From a virus (lineage: Duplodnaviria; Caudoviricetes): a stretch of 46,991 bases of DNA. This document shows positions 27,272 to 35,979 of the stretch, in pieces. A program made the position numbers and the translations under genes. The stretch spans positions 1-46,991 of IMG/VR virus record IMGVR_UViG_3300002092_000006; one strand, 5' to 3'. Position 1 is the stretch's first letter; each line of letters begins with the position of its first letter. Below the pieces are notes generated by a model. That model saw only the letters and a list, made by a program, of their open reading frames with translations. It was not told where the DNA came from and made no database searches.

Positions 27272-29269
27272 CTACATATTAGGTACTAAAGTTTTATCTC
27301 CTCCTTGATTTCCACTTGCTCCATTTTGTATACCAATCTTTGATTGATTTAGATTTTGTGTTTGTCCTCCTCCTGCTTCACCTGTTTTTTTATCATTTGG
27401 GTCTGGCATCTTAAATTCCATTTCACTTCCCCAAGTAGACATAAGTTGTGGCATTACTTTATCAGAAGTAAAGTCAGCAGGATGTTCACCCATTATTTCA
27501 AGGTGTCGTAAATATGTTTTAGCCATATCAGCAATTCCAGCTGGAACATATATTTCAAGCATCGGTTTTATAACTTGTTCAAACTTTGCTGCTTTTTGTA
27601 ATTCATCTGATTGTTCAGGAGAAATTTTTATTTCACTAATCATAAATTCTAACTCACGAAGTACATCAATCGGTGCTTCAATAATTTCTGTCATTTTTCC
27701 ATTCTTAATTGACTCTTCGATAGCTTCAAAAAAAGTTATGAGATCATCTTGCTTACTCTTTACAAGTCTAACTTGGAGTGTACCTACACCACCACCAATA
27801 AGAGAGGTATTTGGTAATTTAATAGCACGTACAATTCTACGATTACTATCTACATATTTATTAGTTGGATAGAATTGCAAAGCAGTTTTAATAACTAATA
27901 GCATTTCTTGGCGAAGCATATTGTAATACATTAAAAGAGAATTTCCCAATGCCTGTTGTTTTGCCATTTGCATTTGCAAAACCTCACGAGAAGATTTTGG
28001 TTGCTTACTTGGAGAGATAGATTGTATACCACCCTGTGCTTGTGCAGACATAAGTCCTTGTAAAGAATTCATCATCATATAAAAGGCATTAGACCCCTCT
28101 TTGGTATCCATTGTCTTGTAGGCATTCACATCATTTACAGGAATAACTTTGTGTTGTCCGAATATAAGCTCAGGAGCTTCAAAGTCAGAGCTTAATACAG
28201 GTGGGTCTATCGCTCGTAATTCTTCTTCTACAAGCATCGTCATTGAGGTATTTAATATCTTTTGATAGTCCTTTAATTCAAAAGGAGAGGACATACCATA
28301 TGCAAATTTCTCATCAATAGCCTTCCAAATCGTCCAACCAAAAGGCATAAGTTTGTGATTGAAAGGCATTGGTGAGCGTTTTTGACCCTTTCCTTTTCCG
28401 AGTGGGTTAAGCCATACTGCATTAGCGATAATACTATATTCATCTTCTATAACATCGTAAGATTTTAACACTTCCACCATATCAGTAGATGTAACTCCTG
28501 TGCCACGTAATAGTCTAAAATAAAGTGAGTCCTCTGCTATTTGATTACCTGGATATACATACTCTGCATTATCAAAAGTAGCAAATTCCATTTTGAAATC
28601 CTTAAAAGACATTTGATGTCTCCATATCAACTTTCCTTGTCTTTGAATATCACGCTCCCAAGTCTTTTTAAGATATATATCTTCAAGTGGTGCTATTTCT
28701 GTCCATACATCATTATAATAATAGTCCTCTTTTTCTTCTATATTATATTGACCAGTATCCTTATTATATTCTTTTAAGTATCGGTGTTTTATCTTTGCAT
28801 TATTATATCCAATATATTCTGCTACTGTTCCATTTACTACGCCATAAAGAATTTGCCAAAACTTTTCTACTTTATCATTAGATTTAAAACGCCATTTATC
28901 ATAAATAGATTGTAGAACTTTAACACCAAAAACATCAAGATTTTCTCCATCCATTTTACCCTTAAAACCTTGAGAAGTAAGTTGAGAACAAAAGTCCCAT
29001 ACCTCCTTACGAATAAAACCAATCGTTAAGGATAGGTTAAGCTGTGATAAATCATTACTAGGAGTAACAACAGAATTCCAAAACATCTCACGGGAAGTAG
29101 TTAAGAATTGTTCAAGTTGCATACCTTGAAATTGGTCAGTACAACTATCACGATTAGCCTTATATTTATAATAATCTTCATAAACCTTTGAAAGAACCTC
29201 ATTTTCTTCATCAGAAACGTGTCCTCTCATTTGTTCTAAGTTAATCTTTTTTAATTCTTCTTTTGCCAT
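27272..29269 (-). CDS. Portal protein (P22-like)
   Basis: 665 aa; PFNH..MPF...W......YG.S..F.LKD.Q..LN pattern; KSSREV; lies between terminase and scaffold. Confidence 0.75.
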   Translation of the reverse strand: MAKEELKKINLEQMRGHVSDEENEVLSKVYEDYYKYKANRDSCTDQFQGMQLEQFLTTSREMFWNSVVTPSNDLSQLNLSLTIGFIRKEVWDFCSQLTSQGFKGKMDGENLDVFGVKVLQSIYDKWRFKSNDKVEKFWQILYGVVNGTVAEYIGYNNAKIKHRYLKEYNKDTGQYNIEEKEDYYYNDVWTEIAPLEDIYLKKTWERDIQRQGKLIWRHQMSFKDFKMEFATFDNAEYVYPGNQIAEDSLYFRLLRGTGVTSTDMVEVLKSYDVIEDEYSIIANAVWLNPLGKGKGQKRSPMPFNHKLMPFGWTIWKAIDEKFAYGMSSPFELKDYQKILNTSMTMLVEEELRAIDPPVLSSDFEAPELIFGQHKVIPVNDVNAYKTMDTKEGSNAFYMMMNSLQGLMSAQAQGGIQSISPSKQPKSSREVLQMQMAKQQALGNSLLMYYNMLRQEMLLVIKTALQFYPTNKYVDSNRRIVRAIKLPNTSLIGGGVGTLQVRLVKSKQDDLITFFEAIEESIKNGKMTEIIEAPIDVLRELEFMISEIKISPEQSDELQKAAKFEQVIKPMLEIYVPAGIADMAKTYLRHLEIMGEHPADFTSDKVMPQLMSTWGSEMEFKMPDPNDKKTGEAGGGQTQNLNQSKIGIQNGASGNQGGDKTLVPNM

Positions 29270-29273
29270 AGTG

Positions 29274-29882
29274 CTATCTTAAATTTTTCTTATAAGTAAA
29301 AACTTTACTACCCCAAGTATCAGTTGTTTTATGACAAGATTCACAAAGTGTCCGACCATTATCTATTGCGAATCTTAACTCAGGAAATAAACTAAAGGGT
29401 TTGATATGGTCAGCTTGAAGATTTCCACCCTTATTATCACCACACCATATACAAGTATAATTATCTCTTTCAAAAACTGATTTTCTCCAAAGTTTATATT
29501 CTATTAAATTTCTAACCCTAACACCTTCGTTTGTTTTTCCACCTTGCCAATTAGAATGATTTTCTCCTCTCCTTTTAAAACCAGATTCTCTTTTATTTTT
29601 TAAACCTTGTTCTGATGTTGGTTTATATTTTCCACGAATTCTACCACTTAATATTTTCGCCATATTGTCTTTCCATTCTTGGGTATGAGGCTCTTTTTTT
29701 ACTCCTCTTTTACTATCTCCCATTTTCTTTCTAACATCTTTTGGTATTCCTTCTTTAAATAAACATTTTCTACTACAATATTTTCTATTAGTCCACTTTT
29801 TACCCGTGATAAGATTTAAATCTTTTCTATGAAATAATTTACCACAATATTTACAAATTTTTGAATCGTGAATTCTTTTCAT
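29274..29882 (-). CDS. HNH homing endonuclease with NUMOD3-like DNA-binding segment
   Basis: CKYC..YCSRKC; WRKSVFERDNYTCIWC; ADHIKPF...NGRTLCESCH. Confidence 0.9.
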   Translation of the reverse strand: MKRIHDSKICKYCGKLFHRKDLNLITGKKWTNRKYCSRKCLFKEGIPKDVRKKMGDSKRGVKKEPHTQEWKDNMAKILSGRIRGKYKPTSEQGLKNKRESGFKRRGENHSNWQGGKTNEGVRVRNLIEYKLWRKSVFERDNYTCIWCGDNKGGNLQADHIKPFSLFPELRFAIDNGRTLCESCHKTTDTWGSKVFTYKKNLR

Positions 29883-29885
29883 AAA

Positions 29886-30161
29886 TTAGTCTCCGTATAT
29901 ATGCTTTCCTAAACGCTTGCGGGTAAAAAGATTATCTCGATTATTCTCATTGATATTATTATTGAGTCCTAACTTGATCAAAGGAGTATACATTTTTTCT
30001 CTTGCATCTTTTGGAATTTGGTAGAAGACATTTGAATTGAAACCTTGCAAAGCTCGTCCTTTCAGATGAATCATATAAATATCTTTATGGGGCAGATAAA
30101 AACTAGAAAGACCATATTTTTTACAGATTTTTATTATCCAGTTTTTGATGTCGGGAAGCAT
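29886..30161 (-). CDS. Hypothetical basic protein
   Basis: 91 aa, packed between GroEL and HNH. Confidence 0.6.
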   Translation of the reverse strand: MLPDIKNWIIKICKKYGLSSFYLPHKDIYMIHLKGRALQGFNSNVFYQIPKDAREKMYTPLIKLGLNNNINENNRDNLFTRKRLGKHIYGD

Positions 30162-30170
30162 TACAAAACA

Positions 30171-31766
30171 TTATACAACTGGAGGAGTAGAAGTGTCAAT
30201 TTTACAAGGCGAAATCAGAACCTCATACGTTACAAAATCGGCTGCAAAGTCGGCAGAATTAGTAAATGAGGTACAAATAACCTTTGTCGCATCTATAATT
30301 CCAGCCTTAAACATATCAGCCTCATATTCCATTGTCAGAGCATTATACCCACCGCCAGCATTAATCTTTTCTATCATAGCACCAACATCCTCGCCCCCAT
30401 TTTCTAACATCTGCATCAAATTAGACTTACATACTTCATAAACAATCTTCTCTCCATTAGTCAACTGTTCGGAATTTCCTAATAGTTGCTTTCCTGCATT
30501 GTATAATGCCATACCACCACCCAATACAACCCCATCATCCTTTCTTTTCCAAACCTTCTTTAAAGAATTTACTGCATCATCAACTTTATCTCGTAAATGC
30601 TTTAGACTTGCCTCTGTCTTTGCACCAACATTTACCATAAATACACCGCCAGTAAGTCGGGCAATTCTTTCTTCTAACTTTGTCTTACCAACTTCGTCAA
30701 ATTCTTCCAAGTTTTCCAAATTGCTTTTTAAAGACTGAACATAATTATTTACAGTATCAATCTTACTTTCGTCAAAAAAGATTGTTGTCGTCTTTTCTTT
30801 TACCACAACCTTTTTAGCTAAACCACAATATTCAAATTTAGGGTGCAATAATCCTTTATTCTGAGTCATAGCTTTAGCACCTACAACAGAAGCAATATCC
30901 TCTAAATACTCTTTTTGCATTGGTTTCTTAACCAAACACAAATTAAATTTACCTTGTAACATATTCATAACTGCAAATTTAAGTACATCTTGGTGTACCT
31001 CATCACACACAATCAAAATATCTTTCTTTCCATTAGCTACACAATCACCAATAAGTTTAAGAAATTCATTAGTCATTAAAAGTTGTAATTCAGTAACAAA
31101 GACGGCACAATTTTCTAGGACTGTTTGCATACGGTCTACATCTTTAATCAAGTAAGGTGTAATCATTCCCTGTTGGAATTGGTATCCATCAACTGCCTCA
31201 ACTGATACTCCATTCTTCTGACTCTCATTGATATATACAATTCCATTATCACCCGCCTCAAAGATTGCTTTGGCAATCGCCTTTCCAAATTCAGGGTCTT
31301 CCACAGATGTAATTGCTAAATTCTCCAAATCACTTATATCATTTATCTTTATAACAGAATTCTTTACCTCCTCAATAACCTTTTTAGCTGCCTCCTTTAT
31401 TTCCTTACGCAAACGCATTGGACTTATTTTTGGATTTTCATTTATTAAATCAGCACCCTTACGAGCTAGTAAATATGAGTCCATTATTGTAGCAGTAGAA
31501 GCATCTTCAAGTTCTGTATTTGTATTTCTAGCCACTTGTTTAAGTAGGTCTGCACCCTGTCGTTCTGATAAATCTTCTGGTATAACTTCGTCTGAAATAT
31601 TTTCCCCATCATTGCTTGCTACTGGCATACCTGTCCATTTATTAAAAACAACATTGCGACCATTCGCCCCATAAGTTACTTTTGCATCTTCAAAAACTTC
31701 TTTCATTCCTGCTAACATTTTTTCTCTTGCCTCTTTCCCCCTAAAACTTTTTGTTGGATTTTTCAT
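30171..31766 (-). CDS. groEL: Chaperonin GroEL (cpn60)-like protein, divergent
   Basis: FRGKEAREKMLAG, VTYGANGRNV, NDG, GYQFQQGMITPY, KLEERIARLTGGV, VGAKTE, VDDAV, GVVLGGG, AGIIDATKV. Confidence 0.93.
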   Translation of the reverse strand: MKNPTKSFRGKEAREKMLAGMKEVFEDAKVTYGANGRNVVFNKWTGMPVASNDGENISDEVIPEDLSERQGADLLKQVARNTNTELEDASTATIMDSYLLARKGADLINENPKISPMRLRKEIKEAAKKVIEEVKNSVIKINDISDLENLAITSVEDPEFGKAIAKAIFEAGDNGIVYINESQKNGVSVEAVDGYQFQQGMITPYLIKDVDRMQTVLENCAVFVTELQLLMTNEFLKLIGDCVANGKKDILIVCDEVHQDVLKFAVMNMLQGKFNLCLVKKPMQKEYLEDIASVVGAKAMTQNKGLLHPKFEYCGLAKKVVVKEKTTTIFFDESKIDTVNNYVQSLKSNLENLEEFDEVGKTKLEERIARLTGGVFMVNVGAKTEASLKHLRDKVDDAVNSLKKVWKRKDDGVVLGGGMALYNAGKQLLGNSEQLTNGEKIVYEVCKSNLMQMLENGGEDVGAMIEKINAGGGYNALTMEYEADMFKAGIIDATKVICTSFTNSADFAADFVTYEVLISPCKIDTSTPPVV

Positions 31767-31796
31767 AGTCTATGTTTTTCTATTATCTAATAATTA

Positions 31797-32072
31797 TTAA
31801 TAATATAAAATTTCTCCTAATTTTTCAAACTCTTCAAATTTTTCCAATGAATTAAATAATATTTTATTGGAAAAATTTTTGTCATCATAAATGATTTGCA
31901 TTTTAAAATCACCATCACTCATATCTTCATTATTAGAATTAGAACGAACATCTAAAGTTCTATTTCTAATATCACTAATATCTTTTATTAAACGATTTTC
32001 TTTTTTAATTTTATCTATTATAACATCATATTTTTCTATTATTGTTAATAAATCCTTATCAATATTATCCAT
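31797..32072 (-). CDS. Hypothetical protein (AT-rich)
   Basis: 91 aa ORF, co-oriented. Confidence 0.5.
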   Translation of the reverse strand: MDNIDKDLLTIIEKYDVIIDKIKKENRLIKDISDIRNRTLDVRSNSNNEDMSDGDFKMQIIYDDKNFSNKILFNSLEKFEEFEKLGEILYY

Positions 32073-32084
32073 ATATATATTATA

Positions 32085-32237
32085 TTAATTAATAATTTTA
32101 AAACTTAACCTAATTTTTTTCCAATCACCTTTACCAGTATTTCCTAATAAATTTTTTATTGCTCTTGGAATACAATAAAACTTGTATATTGGTAATTCAC
32201 ACCAAGTATATGGAATATATTTTACTAATATTTTCAT
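32085..32237 (-). CDS. Small hypothetical protein (50 aa, not in ORF track)
   Basis: ATG overlaps the TerL TGA (ATGA); MKILVKYIPYTWCELP... Confidence 0.45.
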   Translation of the reverse strand: MKILVKYIPYTWCELPIYKFYCIPRAIKNLLGNTGKGDWKKIRLSFKIIN

Positions 32238-33847
32238 ACTTTTAAAAACTGTATCATTTTACTAATAAAATTACTATCATTCATACTTCCCTCACTTGCC
32301 TCCTTTCTTTGATGTTTGAATATACGACCAGTGTTCACACATAAATTTTCTAGGGCACTCCTGAAATCTGCTATCTCATCATCGTGAACGGGCTTCATTG
32401 CTCCACTCTTTGTACTGGTTGAATTAGAGTATCGGGAATTAGTTATAGCATCATATAACTTCATTACATTCTCAGACCCTTCATTAAAAATCATCTTAGG
32501 TAGAAGTAGGGCAGTCGCTATTCTGCGTGGTTCGTGTTCCACTGCATAAGTATTATACAACAAATGAATACCACATCTCGCAAGTGTATTAGCAATAGAA
32601 GTATTATCTGCCATTGATTTAATGGAATGTGCCAACTCACCAAAATATCCCTTTGGTTTTGGCATCTTGCGTACCTGTTGCATAAAGGTAGTCGCCTTTG
32701 GCGTATACTGCATACCTTTATCAATCTCCCAATCAGGATTAAGAAAGGGGGCATACCACGACACCTTTCCTTTATTAGAATTATAATAACAATCAATTAT
32801 ATTTATTTGATTACCATCAAATTGTGCCCACACAATCACAGTCAAATCTCCCTTACCAAAATCAAGACCACAATAAATAGGAAGTTGGGGATTGTATTGT
32901 ATACGAGCTACTTTGGCAAATTTAACCTCAGGATAATATTGTAGCTTTTCTGAAATAGAGTAGCCCTTATCCACCTCCTTCATAATCTCGGGGTCAAACT
33001 CTGCCTTCTTTAATTGTTCCTCATACCACTCTTGGTCTTTCCAGGGATGGTCTTTCCACTCAAGAGAAATATAATTCCCCGCTTTTTCAATGGCATCTTT
33101 AAAGGCTTTTGCTTCACGACTTGCCTTGGTTGTAGAAATATATATTTGCACACGAGCTACAGAAGTTAAAGACCTATGTACCTCTGTAAAACGCTCAATA
33201 GAGAAACATTCATCTACTAAAATGATTGAGTACCTACGAGACCTTCCTGCATTTGAGTTTGTGGAAGACCCAAAGATACCCGACTTAATTTGTGGATTTA
33301 TAATCTTTAAAGTAGAGTCATTTCCATTTCCTTTCTCCCCTTTTAATTTAAAACCATCAGGATGTGCCCACTTTGGAATATGAGCCATTAGCCAACGGAA
33401 TTTTGAGAAGATAGAATTATTTGGTTGCTGTGTTCCATCATCTACTTCTGTTTCTGTTCTTGAAAGAATAAAGGCAGTCCAATTAGGTGTAAACATCCAT
33501 TTCCAATTAAAGTAGGCAACTATGAGCCAAGTCAAACCCATACCACGAGGCTTATCAATTAAAATCTCAACATCCTTTCCCGTCTTCTCTGCTTGAATTA
33601 TCTTTTCAATAATCATTTCTTGATAATCAAATAAGAAGAAGGGTTTAATTGCATCTGCATATTCAGGTATAATTAAAAAAAGAAAGTCCTCGCAATATCG
33701 CTTGAAGTCATTGGAATATAATTCCCGCATTAAATTATTACGTCCTAAAATATCTACAGATAATTCCTGCAAATTATCTACCCTATCCTTTACCTTTTTA
33801 TGGTACTCCTTTGACCTATAATATTTTTGGATTAAGGAAAAATTCAT
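32234..33847 (-). CDS. terL: Terminase large subunit
   Basis: PFFLFDYQ, Walker A-like KPRGMGLTW, Walker B IILVDE, coupling IST, nuclease CGLDFG, PVHD. Confidence 0.92.
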   Translation of the reverse strand: MNFSLIQKYYRSKEYHKKVKDRVDNLQELSVDILGRNNLMRELYSNDFKRYCEDFLFLIIPEYADAIKPFFLFDYQEMIIEKIIQAEKTGKDVEILIDKPRGMGLTWLIVAYFNWKWMFTPNWTAFILSRTETEVDDGTQQPNNSIFSKFRWLMAHIPKWAHPDGFKLKGEKGNGNDSTLKIINPQIKSGIFGSSTNSNAGRSRRYSIILVDECFSIERFTEVHRSLTSVARVQIYISTTKASREAKAFKDAIEKAGNYISLEWKDHPWKDQEWYEEQLKKAEFDPEIMKEVDKGYSISEKLQYYPEVKFAKVARIQYNPQLPIYCGLDFGKGDLTVIVWAQFDGNQINIIDCYYNSNKGKVSWYAPFLNPDWEIDKGMQYTPKATTFMQQVRKMPKPKGYFGELAHSIKSMADNTSIANTLARCGIHLLYNTYAVEHEPRRIATALLLPKMIFNEGSENVMKLYDAITNSRYSNSTSTKSGAMKPVHDDEIADFRSALENLCVNTGRIFKHQRKEASEGSMNDSNFISKMIQFLKV

Positions 33848-33852
33848 ATAAG

Positions 33853-34296
33853 CTATTCTTCTTGTTCATCCTCATTAAATTTTAATAGAGCGTCCTCTAA
33901 TTTCTCTGTACTCGCCTTTGTCGTATTTATTTTAATAAATTGCATATTTGGTTTAAACTTTTTGGTTGTTGCGTGGATATAGGATAGTTTCTGCAAAGCA
34001 TTTATCTTTTCATTAACACTTAATTCCATTAAGTCCTCATCTGTAATTGAGACACCAATCTTTTGGTACAATTCAATCACTCTATTCATTGCCATAACTA
34101 ATCTCTCGCTCGGTGGATAATTTGTATCTTCAACAGAGGCAAGAGTCAATGCCTTAATCTTCTTCTTCCTATTTTCCTTTTTCTTTGCAACACCAAGAGC
34201 AGATAATTTATTCCCCTTCTTAAAGCCAGGGGACTTAACCAACTGTATTCCCTCATCAATAGGTGGCTCTTCAATTTTGTTTATTTCTTCTTCCAT
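33853..34296 (-). CDS. Terminase small subunit (putative)
   Basis: GFKKGNK motif; directly upstream of terL. Confidence 0.55.
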   Translation of the reverse strand: MEEEINKIEEPPIDEGIQLVKSPGFKKGNKLSALGVAKKKENRKKKIKALTLASVEDTNYPPSERLVMAMNRVIELYQKIGVSITDEDLMELSVNEKINALQKLSYIHATTKKFKPNMQFIKINTTKASTEKLEDALLKFNEDEQEE

Positions 34297-34298
34297 AA

Positions 34299-34715
34299 TT
34301 AAATTTGTTTACCAAATAATCCGATGTCGCAGGTATCAATCTTATTTTTTTCGTTGTACACGCCAGCGAGATTGTACTCCCTCCCCTCCCATATCAAATT
34401 AACCTTCTTATCCTCAATCATTTTCTTACATTTAATAATAATATCAAGTAGGTCTTGACGGGCAACCTTGCCCAACTTCTTAGTACGCACCCACGCAATC
34501 GTATTCATACTGTCGGTAGATATTATATCACCCTCCTTGCAATAGAGTTTCAAACACTCAAAGACACCGAGAATCTCTGCCTCATTATTAGTCATTCCAC
34601 TCTTATCAATGTTTTGAGTTTTCAACAACTCATTATTCTCATTGAATATTGTGTAACCACCCCCTCGTGGGCTTGGATTTTTTTCTAATGTAAATCCATC
34701 TGTAAAATACTTCAT
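34299..34715 (-). CDS. RNase HI-like protein (likely start MKYFTDG)
   Basis: FTDG....NPS..GGG, TNNEAEILG, ISTDS, W..RE.NLA; the first three catalytic acids (D/E/D) are present. Confidence 0.85.
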   Translation of the reverse strand: MKYFTDGFTLEKNPSPRGGGYTIFNENNELLKTQNIDKSGMTNNEAEILGVFECLKLYCKEGDIISTDSMNTIAWVRTKKLGKVARQDLLDIIIKCKKMIEDKKVNLIWEGREYNLAGVYNEKNKIDTCDIGLFGKQI

Positions 34716-34719
34716 TGAC

Positions 34720-34766
34720 TTATCCACAGTATACACCTTTACATATTTCTTGTAAAGTATTATATT
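34720..34766 (+). promoter_or_regulatory. DnaA box and plus-strand promoter firing into the structured RNA
   Basis: TTATCCACA-9 nt-TTTACA-17 nt-TATATT; predicted start ~34773 is the first hairpin. Confidence 0.55.
34728..34756 (-). promoter_or_regulatory. Overlapping divergent promoter for the RNase H-terminase operon
   Basis: TTTACA-17 nt-TATACT; the DnaA box covers the predicted start site. Confidence 0.6.
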
Positions 34767-34772
34767 TTACTT

Positions 34773-34868
34773 ACTGAGAAATCAGTGAGCAGACACACAT
34801 AAACATACTAAACTGTTTTGAAAAGTATGTAACCCGAAAGGGTTGTGTACTGCTCAAAGCAGTTTTTT
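34773..34868 (+). ncRNA. Candidate pseudoknotted three-way-junction RNA
   Basis: Two GAAA tetraloop hairpins, a 3-way junction and a 10-bp loop-tail pairing; U tract after. Confidence 0.6.
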
Positions 34869-34876
34869 GTTTCTAT

Positions 34877-35350
34877 ATTCTGTGGGGAATTAGTTTGGGG
34901 TCGCAGAATTAAAATCATAGACCTCCGCCTCGTTGCCTGTCTCTCGGCGAGTAAGTAGAGACCTTTACGCCTTCAATGGATAAAGATATGTCGTTGTATT
35001 CAACCTTACCACTTTCATTTTTTAATGGGGGGTAGGGGGGAGTACCCCGACCTATCTATGTCCTTCAATAAATAAATACAAATATAATGAGTAAACAATT
35101 TTATAATAGTGAGGCAAGACGAGAATCAAGAAGAGTAAAGAGAAGTATTTTTGGAGTTTTTAAGGCAAGAAAGAAATTAAGTGGTTCTTTTGCTTCAAAG
35201 AACAAATAGGTCTATAATCAAAATAGTTTCTTACCAAGAAAATAAAGAAGGTATGTGGGGCAATTCACACCGTGCCAACATCGAGCCACAGTCGTGGTCT
35301 AAGGATAAACAGCATAGATTTCGGTCTTATTAGTCTGATAATCCACATAC
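34877..35350 (+). ncRNA. Candidate extended structured RNA domains
   Basis: Many local and long-range stems with G-U pairs valid on the + strand; UUCG loop; 8-bp closing stem 35251/35350. Confidence 0.4.
35087..35209 (+). CDS. Basic micropeptide (40 aa) embedded in the structured region
   Basis: MSKQFYNSEARRESRRVKRSIFGVFKARKKLSGSFASKNK; A-rich leader like other genes. Confidence 0.45.
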   Translation: MSKQFYNSEARRESRRVKRSIFGVFKARKKLSGSFASKNK

Positions 35351-35606
35351 TATAATTTTATTTTTACTCAGACAACTTTAATTTATTTAACCGCTTATGG
35401 CGGTGTGCAAGCCGTAGGTGTAGTGCTTTAAATCATTTAATACATCTTGACTAAATCTACTCTATGTGTTGTAATCTAAATTGTTAAAAAGGCATATCGT
35501 TTTTTAGAGCTTAATCTCTCCCCTAAACTTAAACCCCAAAACATACTTCATATATCTTATAGAGAGTAGAATATATATATTATATTTAATTTAATTATTT
35601 AATATT

Positions 35607-35762
35607 GTATAGCTAAGGCTATACTAAAAGAGAGAGGCAAAAATTTGTTATTGTATAATTTATGTAAGGGGTTATGGGGATTAAGCTTTCACTATCTAAA
35701 ATAAAACAGATCATAACAACAGCACTTATAATATATTAACAATGGTATAGCTAAAGCTATTC
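35607..35762. promoter_or_regulatory. Two 18-bp palindromic operator-like sites
   Basis: GTATAGC-TAAG-GCTATAC (35607-35624) and GTATAGC-TAAA-GCTATTC (35745-35762). Confidence 0.5.
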
Positions 35763-35847
35763 TATAACAGAGCCGTTTTAATCTACTTGACAATGGTATA
35801 ATATATTATGTAATCACACCACATATTTATAGAAATGTATATATGAC

Positions 35848-35893
35848 TTATCCACATCTAACTGTTGTTATTTATTGTTATATATAGTATTAT
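35848..35893 (+). promoter_or_regulatory. Early-arm promoter with DnaA box
   Basis: TTATCCACA-8 nt-TTGTTA-17 nt-TATTAT. Confidence 0.55.
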
Positions 35894-35979
35894 GTATGAG
35901 TAGTTATATATATAGGTCGATTATAACTGATTATAAATAGGTTGATAATATATCCGCAAGGATTAAAACAATTAAACAA

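Noticed and set aside
1468-33383. Many 60-150 aa ORFs antisense to, or nested in, the long minus-strand genes
   Set aside because: Shadow ORFs with no motifs or expression signals.
34955-34993. Group I intron core (GUAGAGAC...UAAAGAUAUGUCG resembles the R and S elements)
   Set aside because: P7 pairing is imperfect, no convincing P3-P6 or splice sites were found, and no gene is interrupted. A covariance-model search would settle it.
34773-35350. tmRNA, RNase P, tRNA or hammerhead identity for the structured region
   Set aside because: It lacks GGGG..CCA ends, a T-loop, an Ala-ending tag, GAGGAAAGUCC, and a CUGANGA/GAAA core in the right context.
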